DNA of 64,000 nucleotides, from assembly GCA_964016885.1 (NCBI GenBank), contig OZ024743.1:376216001-376280000 (forward strand), in the 5' to 3' direction. The DNA comes from Eledone cirrhosa. Lineage: Eukaryota. The notes under the pieces are model-generated. The model searched no databases, was not told the DNA's origin, and was given only the letters and a program-made list of their open reading frames with translations. Positions 13,741-26,990 of the stretch are shown in pieces (the stretch's first letter is position 1; every line of letters starts with the position of its first letter). Made by a program: the position numbers and the translations under genes.

Positions 13741-14000
13741 TCTAGATAGACAGACAGATAGACAGATAGATAGATAAATAGATAGATAGATAGAGGAGGA
13801 AGAGGATTGAGATGAAATAAATTGAAATTCAAATAATCGAGGAAACTTCAGAGTAATTCTCAATCATAATCGATCCTTGATCGGTAAACTACGATAATAG
13901 TTGTACCTAATACGGCCTGCGGATTTCGTTAAATACTGGACTTTGCTCATAAAAATTATTTGTTTTTTCATTGGTTAGCAAACAAAACACCATATAAACT

Positions 14001-14190
14001 ATTAAATTCATTTTACATTTATCACTATTTCTTGGTGTCAATAATTTCGTCACACTGTTTGCGACCTGGTCATTGCACAGTCCCACTGCTACTTAGAACT
14101 GTGCTAATAATGAAGTCGCAAACAATGTGACAAAAACATTTTGGAACGAAGAAAAATATGATAAATGTACAGTGAATGTAACAAATTTAA
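14001..14190. repeat. Imperfect inverted repeat (foldback/MITE-like)
   Basis: TTTATCA..GTCACACTGTTTGCGAC..GCACAGT pairs with ACTGTGC..GTCGCAAACAATGTGAC..TGATAAA. Confidence 0.6.
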
Positions 14191-14376
14191 TGTTTTTTAA
14201 TTACTGAAATAGTCTTCTACGATATAATTGCTTTAGTTTCAACAAACTATCTCATATTAAACCATTTCCAGACTGGAATAGCACCGAATAACAATATGTA
14301 TAGGATAAATTCTATACTGATTATATAAGTTTGAATTTGAACAAGTTTCCATCAACCTCAAAGCAAGCTATATATA

Positions 14377-14587
14377 CAGGGTGAACATAAAGCCTTTCCC
14401 TGATTATAAAATAGCATATCTCGGATACTATTTGACATTTTACTTTTCCATTGTTTTAATCTATGAATTTCAAGTTTAAAGTTTTTCTGTACATGTCTTA
14501 CATTTTCTCTTCTACAGGAAGTAGTTGTAATTTTCAGTAAGAAAATGGCATCTATGAAACAAAAAGAAAGACTTTATGCTCACCCTG
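14377..14587. mobile_element. Tc1/mariner-type MITE
   Basis: TIRs CAGGGTGAACATAAAG / CTTTATGCTCACCCTG flanked by TA. Confidence 0.8.
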
Positions 14588-14609
14588 TATATATATATAT
14601 ATATATATA

Positions 14610-14712
14610 CAGGATGTCCCCCAAAAATGTATACAATCTTCAACAACATTCTAATAAATATTGCCTGTACATGTAATCAAAGTTTGTATACATCATATTC
14701 TGGAACACCCTG
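14610..14712. mobile_element. Tc1/mariner-type MITE (relative at 42584-42662)
   Basis: TIRs CAGGATGTCCC / GGAACACCCTG flanked by TA; shared internal CAACATTCTAATAAATAT-like segment. Confidence 0.7.
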
Positions 14713-14829
14713 TATATACGTATATGAATATTTATACATAATCAACATGAATATGTTAAGGCATACATTTTCAACATATCAACTTCTGCTTCTAATTATA
14801 TATATATATATATACACACACGCACGCAC

Positions 14830-14897
<68 letters not shown>

Positions 14898-14929
14898 TCA
14901 TATATATATATATAAATAGACATATATGA

Positions 14930-15006
<77 letters not shown>

Positions 15007-16454
15007 AATATGTTAAGGTATTCATGTTTTAACACCACATCAACCTCTGCTTATGCCTGCAAATTAAATGTTAAAATATGCCACTTATGGCTCTCACATT
15101 CACTTAAAGAGCTCATCATTAACCTTCTCCCAACATTACATTGATCCACGTTCTTTCAGAAATTCTTAGTAATTATTGGGAGCAACATTTATTTTCTCAT
15201 GGCTTTCTAAAACTCGTTACATTACTGCATTTCTTTTGAAGTCGACCAAAACCAATTAATCGATGCCGTTTTGCTTTGCTGGGTATGTTATCAATATTTG
15301 TACAAATATAAAAATTAAAAAGAAATATACCAAAAAAATAGAAAAAAAAAATAACCAAAAACAAATACATAACAAAACGAAAGAAAATAAAGTTTTTTCT
15401 TACGGTAGGAAATTTCTGATGAAACTTCTTAAAGACGTATGAAGAAATAACGTGTAGAAATAGGATCACTTGAAAAGAAGCATCTTTCCTACACAAGCCA
15501 ATTAGATTCAACTTGCGTTTCCATTGCTATATTAAAGATAAATTTCACACAAAAACCTTATAGGGTTTTATTTTATAGTATTTATCTATTGAGTTATTGT
15601 TTTGTAAAGCATCAATATTCTAATGTCCCAACTATTTTAAACACAAGAAACAGCCTCTTATTTATTTATTTATTTATTTAGCTACTTAATTATTTATTAT
15701 TAAAACGAATGAAGATGGCGTCATTGTTTCTAAGTGAGAACGACTTCCTGTCAGAATGTTCCTGGTGTCACTAGCCTCATAGATGGATGCAATAGCTATT
15801 AAACTGGAGATTTAAGAGATGATGAATGAATAAAGAAATAGTATACAGTGTAAGAAACGAAGAATAAACAGGAACAATTGAGGGTGGGGGTGGGGTGGAG
15901 TGGGTAAGAGGAATTATAAAGCGGTACAGAGTTGAGGGTCAGTCTCATAGTGTGAAGGTCCATTTATGTTAGTCAGGGACCAAGTAGACAGATCGTAGGG
16001 TCGAATAAATTTGGGAGGAAAACGAAAGAGAAAGAAAAGCTATTGTGATGTTTTACTATAGAACCTTGCTTCCCTAAATAGTTTCTAAGGAACCTCAGTA
16101 TTCCACTCCGCCCCCCCCCAAAAAAAAACCAACAAAAAAACTGAGGTGTCACAAAATAAAATGTTTTTTTCATAGAATTTATTGTTTTCTTATATAAATA
16201 ATTATTTCTCCAAAATAATTTTGTTTTATTTAATGTCTTGTTGACATAAGGGGATGGGAATTGGCCGTAAAACACAGGTATGGGTTTCGTGAATTTTGGA
16301 AAATCATATAAGGACTCTGCGACAAAATATGTTCGAGAGCCATTACCCAAATGATTACTTTTTCCTCACTGTCATTAAGATCAAATACAAGAAATATTTG
16401 TCTAGGCAGTTCTACCAAAACTACATTCCAATACAGGAAAATGTATCCTAATTA

Positions 16455-16770
16455 TTAATTTCTTTTACCGCTACTTTAATAGCCTCTGCTCCTCCGAGCT
16501 TGCTGATTACATGCCACCTCTACACAGATAAACCCGACTCCCTGATCTCTTCTCGCCTCATCATCCGTGTTGTCTTCAACTTTCACACCCTACTTGAACT
16601 TCTCAGATCGTGACCCCTCCAGTAATCTTTCCCTGCACCTGTCTTTCCAAAAGGAGTGGACCTGCAATAGTTTAAGCAGAACATTAATAGCATTGATTTC
16701 TGCAGTCACGAAGGGTTTGTGAAGGCCATACACATTTTTTTCCTTCAGCCCTACCAATTAAAAAAAAATA
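16455..16770 (+). pseudogene. CR1/L2-group LINE 3' remnant
   Basis: FYRYFNSLCSSELADYMPP ... VFPKGVDLQ*FKQNIN pattern typical of CR1-group ORF2 C-termini, followed by an A-rich tail. Confidence 0.55.
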
Positions 16771-17587
16771 AATAAGAACAATCGTTGTACAAACGCTCAA
16801 CAACCTCCTTTGACTTGTGGGCTTATATCGAGCTGGTGTTATTTCCGGTAGTCATGTTTTCACTGTCATCTGAGAAAAACAACACAAACAACAACAAATC
16901 AAGAAAGATGGTATGGTGAACGAAACTAAGAAGAATTTCAATGTCTGTCTTTTTCCTTCCAAATAAAATACTTTGTTATATTTTTCTGAAGTCGATTTTG
17001 AAGAGAAGATTAGTTGTGTTAAGGAAATTCTCCATCAATCAATCCATGCATGTGTAGGCCACGAACTTCGACAGTTGGAGTTTCAGGGCATCAAAAACCT
17101 GGCAGAACCCATACTTCCCGAAGTCTGAACAAAGTCGATTTCTTCAAGAGATAGAGAGAGAGAGAAAGAAGAAGAATCGACCTCAGTACTGGACTGGTGC
17201 TTTATCGACCACAAAAGGATGAAAAGTAAAGTTGACAACAGTGTAATTTGAACACAGAAGACAGAGACGCAGAACGAACAGTGAAATGCATTCTATCTAA
17301 TGTTTCTAACAACTCAACCAATTCGCCACCTTATGACAAATCTACCTTTGGATACATACAGTTGCTGTTTAGCCTCGGGACATTCCAGATTGAACACTTG
17401 ACGAGTTAAAATAGTAATATTTGATGGAAAATTGTTCTTAAATCTATGAGATCGGTGAAGAAGGAATGCATACGTGCATCACACACACAAACACACAAAC
17501 ACATATATATATACGCACGCACGCACACACACATATATATATATATACATACGCACGCACACACACACACACACATATATATGTGTG

Positions 17588-17615
<28 letters not shown>

Positions 17616-17618
<3 letters not shown>

Positions 17619-17850
17619 TAACAAAACTCATTAATTAACCATAAAAAAGAATATATATATATATTTTTTTTCATATGTAACCCATTTGCAACTCCGCAGC
17701 GCCCTTATTATCATATATATATATATATATATTTCTTTTTTATGGTTAATTAATGAGTTTTGTTACTCTGGAATTTCATCTGTGTACTCACAGGTGAAAC
17801 TCCAGAGTAAAAATCTCATCACTTAGCCACAATAAAAAATATATATAAAC
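17616..17850. mobile_element. Foldback element containing a hammerhead 3' half
   Basis: Hairpin TCTGGAATTTCATCTGTG-tact-CACAGGTGAAACTCCAGA centred near 17785; GAAA-CTC-ca-GAG-T-A geometry; a further inverted copy at 17616-17651. Confidence 0.5.
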
Positions 17851-17868
17851 TCTATTTCGGCATATACA

Positions 17869-17943
<75 letters not shown>

Positions 17944-18499
17944 CTGAGAAAGAGAGAGAGAGAGAGAATGTGTGTTTGTGTGTGTGAGAGAGAGAGAGAA
18001 ATGATAGGGCTGTATCCAGTAATATAGGTGACATCGTAGAATATTTTATTTCCAATGAAGTATCGCTTTTGTTGAAAGTGAGGATGTGTTGCCGCTATTG
18101 TGACCAATAATTGGTAACAATTACAATTGATATTTGAATAATATTTGTATTTAATGAGGGAAAGATTCTTCACCAAACATCCAACAAAACTAATCCACAT
18201 ATCTTCTGATCCACCACTTCACTGTTCCACCACTCCTAAAACTTCTTAACCACGATACACATCATATCCACCTTCACCACTATACACTTCTACTCTGTAG
18301 CTTTTAGTTTCTGGCTTCTAGTTTCAAGCTTCTAGCAGATGAAGTGAAGAATTCATGAATACTTGCAGCATGTAATGTGTTCGTCAGGATCAAGTATAGG
18401 AAGGGGGAGAAACGTTGTGGGAGGTGGTGAGGAGAGAGAACAACAAATAATATAGTTATAGACAAGAAGATATATGGTGAATGAGAGAAAGGATAGGGT

Positions 18500-18543
<44 letters not shown>

Positions 18544-18688
18544 AATATGTATATACATAATATATACATACACACACACACACACACACTAACACACACA
18601 CAGACATATTTATATGTGTGTGTATGTGTATACATGTATATATATGTATGTATATATATGTATATATATTCACACAACACACGTTTAT

Positions 18689-18744
<56 letters not shown>

Positions 18745-18923
18745 GAATATATAAGACAGCAGTGATATAGTGAATTGTACAAAGATTGGAAAAAGGAAGA
18801 ATGTTCTTTTCTCATTTTTGGATAGCTTCAGGGAATATCCGGACTCAATTTCTCGATGCATAATTTCGCACATGAATTGAATTGGTCATCTTGATATATA
18901 TATATATATATATACACCATAAT

Positions 18924-18969
<46 letters not shown>

Positions 18970-19170
18970 ATATATATCATAATATATATACATATATATA
19001 TATCACGTACATATATATTACATATATATTACATATATACATACTTGTATGAATTTGGACTTGCAATAAATGTTAGAATATTAACAGGTATGGTGTCTTG
19101 TATAAATAACGTTAAAACAGGAGAGAGAAAGACAAGGAGATTATTAAAGGGAGAGAGAGAGAGAGAGAGA

Positions 19171-19258
<88 letters not shown>

Positions 19259-19614
19259 GACGTTGTGATCTCACCAATGTATCTTGGCACTACTTTGTTT
19301 CAGAAAGAAAGAAAGAAAAGTATTTCTTCTGAAAGAATATAAAGAGAAAGAAGTGTGTGATTGTATTGGTAAGGCCATCATAGTTGCTTCTGTTTACAGA
19401 GAAGTTAGTGTGTGTCTTACAACATGGCGCAGAGCCAGTTTTTCTTTTCTTTAAAGGGATTGTTATTTAGTTCTAGAGTTATATAAATTGCTTTGGTTAT
19501 CATGGCTTCGACCATACTGGAGCAAGTATAACTGTGTTCTTAAGGAGTTCACTTCGCAGTCACCAGGATTCAGATTCAGTCTTACTGCTGGCTACTTCGG
19601 GCAAGTGTCTTCTA

Positions 19615-19677
<63 letters not shown>

Positions 19678-19706
19678 CATACATATATACATACATACAT
19701 ACATAT

Positions 19707-19775
<69 letters not shown>

Positions 19776-19919
19776 GATAAATCTACCAAGAGTTTACGGT
19801 AGTGTCCAATCCGTATGAAGAACTCAATGTATTCCGGATATCATGGAAAGAAGAGATGTAATGAAAAATCACTTTCGGTGAAAGATAAACGGAATACAGA
19901 GTCAAGATTGTTTTGTTTA

Positions 19920-19962
<43 letters not shown>

Positions 19963-19963
<1 letters not shown>

Positions 19964-20431
19964 CTAGCAGAAAAACCACTCTTCGGGTGGTTTTCTGCTA
20001 GCATGTGTAGTGTGTATATTGATATGATACGCAAGTATATATACATGTAGATATGATACATCAAATAAAATCGTAATTGACAATATACACAGAAATTGAA
20101 CGAAGACTGCGTTACACTCTCTTATGTAATCAGTAACGTAATCCATGATACATTAAAAAAAGACGATATTATATATAAACTGCATTAGGAGAAAATTAGT
20201 GACAGAAAATTAATATGTTTATTTAAGCGATCCCCACCGGAAGTGTTGACATTTGAAAATTTTAAAGAAGTGAATTTTTAAATCAATAATAAAATATATT
20301 TAATGAACAGTCACAAAATTTAGTAGATAAATTATGTAATATTCATTCATTTGTTTATTCAAAGTAATCCAACTTATTTTACTAATGGAATAACAAATTA
20401 TAAACCGTACGCAGTCCCGCGCTTCTCCCTT

Positions 20432-20440
<9 letters not shown>
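19963..20440 (-). mobile_element. Probable non-autonomous Helitron
   Basis: Minus strand ends in hairpin (GCAGAAAACCACCCGAAGAGTGGTTTTTCTG) + CTAG and begins in (TA)n-ATAAAGGG; no TSD seen. Confidence 0.5.
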
Positions 20441-20496
<56 letters not shown>

Positions 20497-20680
20497 GAGG
20501 TTATATTTAATTTGTTGAGATTCAACAAGCTTAAACATTTTTTTATAACTGATATAAAGCACTCAACACTCACTGAAAAAAAGACAACCTTAATGGTTGG
20601 AGCTTCCAGGAAGCTCCAACCGTTAAAGTTGTCTTTTTTCAGGGTATGTCAATATTTATTTATAAAACTAATCTGTATTA

Positions 20681-20746
20681 TATTTTATCTGATGAAAGCG
20701 CACCATAATTTGTCTTGGTGGCCCTTGAAATATGTATAATAAAATA
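20681..20746 (+). ncRNA. Type I hammerhead ribozyme motif (copy 1 of tandem pair)
   Basis: Stem I TATTTTAT/ATAAAATA; core CTGATGA (20689); stem II AG..CACCA/TGGTG..CT; GAAA (20727); stem III TA-tg-TA; T-A cleavage triplet AUA. Confidence 0.7.
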
Positions 20747-20784
20747 AATATGGTTTTATAAATATAGTTTCCATTTGTTAATAT

Positions 20785-20820
<36 letters not shown>

Positions 20821-20956
20821 TAGAAGGGGTATTTAATTTGTTGGAAGTCCGACAAATATAAATGTTTATAACTGATTTAGAGCACTCAACAGTTTACTGG
20901 AGTAAATATTCAATGATATTAAATAAATGGAAACTATATTTATAAAACAAACTTTG

Positions 20957-21019
20957 TATTTTATCTGATGAAAGTGTACCAATGTGTCTTGGTACCCTTG
21001 AAATATATATAATAGAATA
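20957..21019 (+). ncRNA. Type I hammerhead ribozyme motif (copy 2 of tandem pair)
   Basis: TATTTTAT-CTGATGA-A-AGTGTACCAA..TTGGTACCCTT-GAAA-TATATA-T-A-ATAGAATA; palindromic stem III. Confidence 0.7.
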
Positions 21020-21069
21020 AATATGGTTTTATAAATATAGTTTCCATTTATTTAATATCATTGTAAATA

Positions 21070-21217
21070 TATTACTGGTACTTTATTCTATTGACCCCGT
21101 AAGGATGAAAGGTAAAGCTAACTTTGGCAGGATTTGAATTGAGGTCGTAAAGGGGGGTTACTCTAAGCCATAAAGCATGTTGTCCGACCCTCTTCCGTCA
21201 CTGCCCATCTGCCGCCC
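21070..21217 (-). mobile_element. tRNA-derived SINE (same family as 1563)
   Basis: Reverse complement of the consensus core and B-box. Confidence 0.8.
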
Positions 21218-21614
21218 TTCAATGTATCAATATTAACAATTGTGCAACATAATATGGTCTATTATAGACTATGATAAATGACACTTGCCCACTTGTAATT
21301 CAAAGGGCCAGTCTTGTCACACACGCACATACACACGCACACACACATACACACACGCTCACACACATACACATACATACACAGTGTGTCACGCTGAATC
21401 TGCCTGAGAATTACGTTAAGGACACACGTATCTGTAGAATCTTCAGCTATTTCTATGTGAATGTCATGATCAGTGTGTTCTCTTCATCAAACATACGACA
21501 CTCACGTAGGTCAATTTAACCTTACTTTTACTTAAATCTCTTTTCATTTCCTGGAATCATTTATTTGTGAAGCCAACCTGTATTAAATACAACTATTATT
21601 TCATATAAAGAAGG

Positions 21615-22525
21615 AAGCTGGATTAGCAGATTCGTTAAAGCGCCAGACAAAATGTTTTGTGGGACTTAAACGGCTCTATACGTTCTCAGTTCAAATTCCA
21701 CCAAGGTCAACTTTGTCTTTCATCCTTCTGGGACCGATGAAATAAAGTACCAGTAAAATAGTGGGGCGAATTTAATCGATATTTTTCAAATTGCTGACCT
21801 TGTACCTAAATTGGAAATTATTATTTCATTTAATGGAGTAGGGCGTGCTGGCAGAATCGGTAGAGCGTGGGACATCACGCTTTGCAGCATAGAGTTACAG
21901 CTTTTTACGTTCTGAGTTCAAATACCGCCGAGGTTCGTTTTACCTTTCATCCTTACGTAGTCGATAAAATAAAGCACCAGTAATGCACTGGGGTCGATTT
22001 AATCGAATTTCTCCTCTCCCCTTCAATTTGCTGGCCTTGTGCCTAAAGTAGAAACATTTATTTCATTTAAAGAAGAGCAGTGTATTGGTAGAATTATTAT
22101 CATAGAACGTCTTGAGGGCGGTGGATTGGCAGTATCGGTAGAGGGTCGGAAGCCATGCTTTGCAGTATAGAGTTACGGCCCTTTATGATCTGAGTTCAAA
22201 TCCAGCCGAGGTTAACTTTGCCTTTTATCCTTATGGGGTTGATAAAATAAAGTACCAGTCACGCACTGGGGTCGATTTAATCGACTTTCCCCTCCTCCCC
22301 AAATTGCTGGTCTTGTGCCTATATAAGAATCCATTATCATAGAACGTCTTTGTGGTATTTAGTTACAGACCTTTACGTTCTGAGTTCAAATCCGACAGAA
22401 GTGAACTTTGCCTTTCATCCTTCCGGGGGTCAATAAAATAAGGCATCATTGAAATACTGGAGTCGATTGAATCAACTTTACTCTTCCCTAAAATTGCTGG
22501 CCTTGTGCATAAATTAGAAATCATT
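21615..22525 (+). mobile_element. Cluster of four same-orientation tRNA-derived SINEs (one nested)
   Basis: Four repeats of GAGTTCAAAT..CTTTCATCCTT..GATAAAATAAAGTACCAG. The copy at ~22113-22335 is flanked by ATTATCATAGAACGTCTT duplications (22096-22113 / 22333-22350). Confidence 0.85.
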
Positions 22526-23367
22526 ATTTCATATAAAAAAGCAAATAAGTTTTGTTCCCTATTTACTGTTTGGGTTCTTTAACCGTGCAATAATTACTGC
22601 TTCACTGGATTGTTTTGTAGATGGATAAAACCAACTTACTGCTACTGTCCACTTGATGTGCTGTTGTTAGATCAATCTCTGTGTATTGCAGTCAATGGAC
22701 GTCAATTCCGTTGGACGAACTTTCTAATCTAGTGACTCTAACTGAGAAAGAGTTATCACCCCCTGTGACTAAATTATGTTAGCATTTGGTTGTTCGCCAG
22801 AGGAGAGCTTCTGAATCATAATCACTAAGTTGAGTTTATAGAGAGATAGACACAAGAGATGTGACAGATATCTGAAAGGCTGCCAAACTTCACAGTTAGA
22901 CAGACTATTGATCCTCTGTCGTTATCTATTGAATTGCAATTTTTATTTCACCGAAGACCATTAAATAAGAATTTTGTCGAATGTATCAACGTTGGCGAAT
23001 GTCCAACATAATACGTTAAAGCTGACATGTAGTTGACAGGCTTCCACACATTACCTATCACTGCATTCACAGTCTTGATATATGCAACAATATTGCATAC
23101 TAGACATAGAAACAATAATTCAGATTGCTAAAGATTCATGCCATTAACCAAGCAGTATACTAAATAATTATCGAGGGAATTACAAATTAATTGTTGCATC
23201 AAGTTGCGAGTGAATTATTCTCTAATCTTCTGCTCGCAGTTTTAACGAGAAAGTAAGATTTATTTGCCAGAAATTTATATATACAATTTTACATATATAC
23301 AGTTTTACTACTGAAGATGTTAGTGGGTAGATGGTGTGACTGAGATAATACGAACGAAATTGGGACG

Positions 23368-23482
<115 letters not shown>

Positions 23483-23867
23483 GAATTTATTTATCTTGGC
23501 GCTGGAGACATAAAACGAAGCAATTTTAACTGGTGATCGAAACCAAGCCACAATGGTGATAGGCGTAGTGATAGTGGTGGGGACTGAAGGCTGTTGAGGA
23601 TTTAGAACACGACGCCAATAGCGCGAAACATATATAATGAGATAAAAATTACTATAGAAATTACTAGCATTAGTACTACATTTTCTGTTACTAAGGTGGG
23701 TGGTAACTTTCCCGAGCTGTGAGAGCATCGGAAAGAATGCTTTGCGGTACTTGCTCTGAGTCCCTGAGTTCTGAATTTATGTCGCGCTGAGGTCAAATAT
23801 GCTTTTCATACTTTTAGGTTCGAAAGGGGCGATCAATTGGGGAAATTATTAAAAGATGAATTGAGAG

Positions 23868-24137
23868 ATCACACTATGGGCATGTGTTTAGAATCGCTGA
23901 ACAGATTTTGCGGCCAAAACCAACTGGCAGGTGACCCAGTGGTAGACCCGAGCAAGATGGTTTGATAACATCCATGAGCTTGGCTGGTCTCACTTGGGGA
24001 TCCAGCCGGATCAGTTGGAGACGGTTGCTTCTTGCAGGACCTGCTGGAAGGAGTGTTTGAAGACTCTGACCCCACGACTCTCTCATAAATAAGTGGGAGA
24101 AGAAGAAGAAGAAGAAGAAGAAGAAGAAGAAGAAGAA

Positions 24138-24221
<84 letters not shown>

Positions 24222-24222
24222 A
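23868..24222 (+). pseudogene. RTE-clade LINE 3' fragment with (GAA)n/(GAAA)n tail
   Basis: YGHVFR..RPKPTGR*PSGRPRARWFDNI is the typical RTE C-terminal GRP..RW motif; sibling at 51080-51380. Confidence 0.75.
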
Positions 24223-25849
24223 AATATGCCTTGTGGTATCATTTTCAGTTCCAGGTGTCCAAGTTATGCCTCATCTCACCGGCGAAGTAGTGAAGTTTCT
24301 GCCTAGAGTTTCAGCCAAGAGACAAGGCCGGCCTTTTGAATTGCAAGTACTGCTCTTTCAACGCGCCTCCAGACGGTTTCCTTCTGTTCAAATTCACTCA
24401 CAGAGGTAAGTTAACTCCAGGCCATGCTAAATGACATTTATCTAAGATGCCAAGGAGTGAGATCGAACCCATGACGTTATGATTTATGATTACGAAGCGA
24501 ACTCCATAACTATTAGGCCATGCTATATAGATAGTATATTTTAGGATCGTGAATACGACTACGATTCAATGTTCACTTTGACCGTATCACTTTAGTATTC
24601 CTTAAATCTGGGTTCTGAATCGAAAGTGTGTCGGGGTTCGAACTTACATCTAACCATTAAGAAGGGCTAAATAAATACCTGTAATAAACTTGACAGACTG
24701 AAGTCATCAATCTTTAAGGTGATGAAGGGACAACAACAATATTTGTCTAAAGGTTGTTTTCTTCCATCAGAATGAGCCTCCTGTTCAAGAAAGTGGTGTA
24801 CCAGCAATATTTAATGCGTCATGTTCAGAAGTGTTACGTCTACTGCATAATTACAGTAATTTGAACTCAGAACAGAAAGAGCGGGGAAAATATCGCAAGA
24901 GATCCGGTCCGATGTTCTAAAAATTTCGCCAACCCAATGCATTGGTCTGGTACTTTATTCTATCGACTTTGAAAGGATGAAAGGCAAGATTGGCCTCGGA
25001 TGGATTTGAACAAATACCACAAGGCATTTAGGCCATATACTATAATAACTCAAAGACTAGAGGATGGTAAGGAGAGAGAGAAGGAAGAAACTGCTTCATA
25101 TTCTTGTAACAAAGTGGATTCCGCTAATGGCACCCAGAGGCCAAGTGATGGCGGGGTGGTGTTAAACCAGGCGATGGATTAAGTCTACTATATATACATT
25201 TCTCTTCCTCTCTATAACAATATATGTTTGTGACTATGTTGAAAATCAATACTAATTTTTGTCCTCCAAAACAGAAAAAAATAAAATTTTGATTTAGGTT
25301 TATTAGTTTTTTTTCCAGACAAAACAATACTACGATATATATGATGATTAAAAAGTTCTAGTTATGATTGAAGAAAACAAACAATACGAACAGATTTACA
25401 ATATATATAATCTTTTTATCTTTTAGTCTATTATTGTTTGATATATTTTTGATACTCAGTTATTTTGCTATTGCTGTTGTTGTTGTTATTGTTTTCTTAA
25501 CTTAAATGGAATATGTTATTTATCTTTTTTTTTTCAAATGCCATGATCGCTTTTCTTCCACTTGGCCTCTCAATTCGCCTCAGTAGTACAAGCATTTCAA
25601 CAATCTTCATCAAGCCATCTTCGCTTTCTTTATTTTTTGGCCTAAGGGTGGAGAAATTCTCGTACAGGCGGCCTGCCTCGTCAGCCATGCGTAGTCGAAT
25701 GTAAATTGGAAAAGTGCGCTGAATATCATTCATTCATGACAGAATTAAAACATGACTAGAAATGACTGTTCCTTGAGGCTGCCAGATAGTTTAATGAATT
25801 ACACAGAAACAACAACAACAGTAACACCACCATTACCACCACCACCACC

Positions 25850-25884
<35 letters not shown>

Positions 25885-26174
25885 TAATAACAGCTATTGC
25901 CACAACAGCAACAATACCATCTCCAGAAATGTGGGAAAAGTCCATTGGAACTGATCAAGCAGTAAGATAAAACATGACACACATTCTACTTGATTTGTGT
26001 TTATATTTTACGAAAATGAAAATCATAAAATATCTTATTTAGAAGGAGGTGGAGGTACAGGAGGAGGAGTAGAAGATATTTTATGGGAAGAAAATTACAC
26101 TACACCTTTATGACAATGAAGTAGATATCAAGTGTATATAAGTAACTAGTTAGTCGTTATATATATACGTATGT

Positions 26175-26233
<59 letters not shown>

Positions 26234-26236
<3 letters not shown>

Positions 26237-26362
26237 GGTGGCCCAAAAGCCACCAGACCATTTCAAAATATAACTTTTTTATTTATTGAATATTCATATT
26301 TATTCTTTTATAAACAATAAATTAAGTTATTATATTTTAAAATGGTTTAGTGACTTTCGGGT

Positions 26363-26368
<6 letters not shown>
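26234..26368. mobile_element. Tc1/mariner-type MITE
   Basis: TIRs CAGGGTGGCCCAAAAG.CAC..ACCATTT / AAATGGT..GTG.CTTTCGGGTTACCCTA in (TA)n. Confidence 0.7.
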
Positions 26369-26448
<80 letters not shown>

Positions 26449-26515
26449 GGGGGGAGAGGGAGAGCGAGGTGGAAAGAAGAAAGGAGATATATGAATAGAT
26501 AAACACACACACACA

Positions 26516-26581
<66 letters not shown>

Positions 26582-26639
26582 GTTATTGATCGATAGACAG
26601 AGATATATAGATAAACATAGACATATATCCTTTCATTGA

Positions 26640-26990
26640 ACATTGCACTATCATGTGCACGCAGGTGTCTCTTCAGACCAGCTTTTGTCTTGCAAGCGCA
26701 TTCACAGATGTGACACTTGGCATTACCGGCTGGCGATGCTACCATGTCTGGTTAGTCCACTAGTTGACTTGCAAAAGAAACCAGGCTCTTGTGACTTTAG
26801 ATGGCTGACAAATCCAGGTCTTGATAGAAGAAATCATCGACATACATTGCACGTCAATATCTGCTGAATTCTTGCAGACATTGGGTCTTAGGGATAGCAC
26901 AGGTCAGATCCATTTTATTAGACGATTCAGCAAGATCTTTTCCAGAGTGTCCTTCTCACAGAAAATAAAAGATATTCCTATGAGTGTATC
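26640..26990 (-). pseudogene. RTE-type LINE 3' remnant with terminal C2H2 finger
   Basis: CHICECACKTKAGLKRHLRAH at the end of a degraded frame preceded by KDTLEK. Confidence 0.55.

Noticed and set aside
16826-17125. Two possible minus-strand terminal exons (DDSENMTTGNNTSSI*; DFGKYGFCQVFDALKLQLSKFVAYTCMD*)
   Set aside because: Acceptor-like sites only; no recognisable homology or supporting upstream exons.
22640-22742. Minus-strand segment with good acceptor and GTAAGT donor
   Set aside because: Stops in all three frames; could be UTR or lncRNA but cannot be supported.
25497-25733. 78-aa minus-strand ORF (MADEAGRLYENF...)
   Set aside because: No recognisable domain or splice signals.
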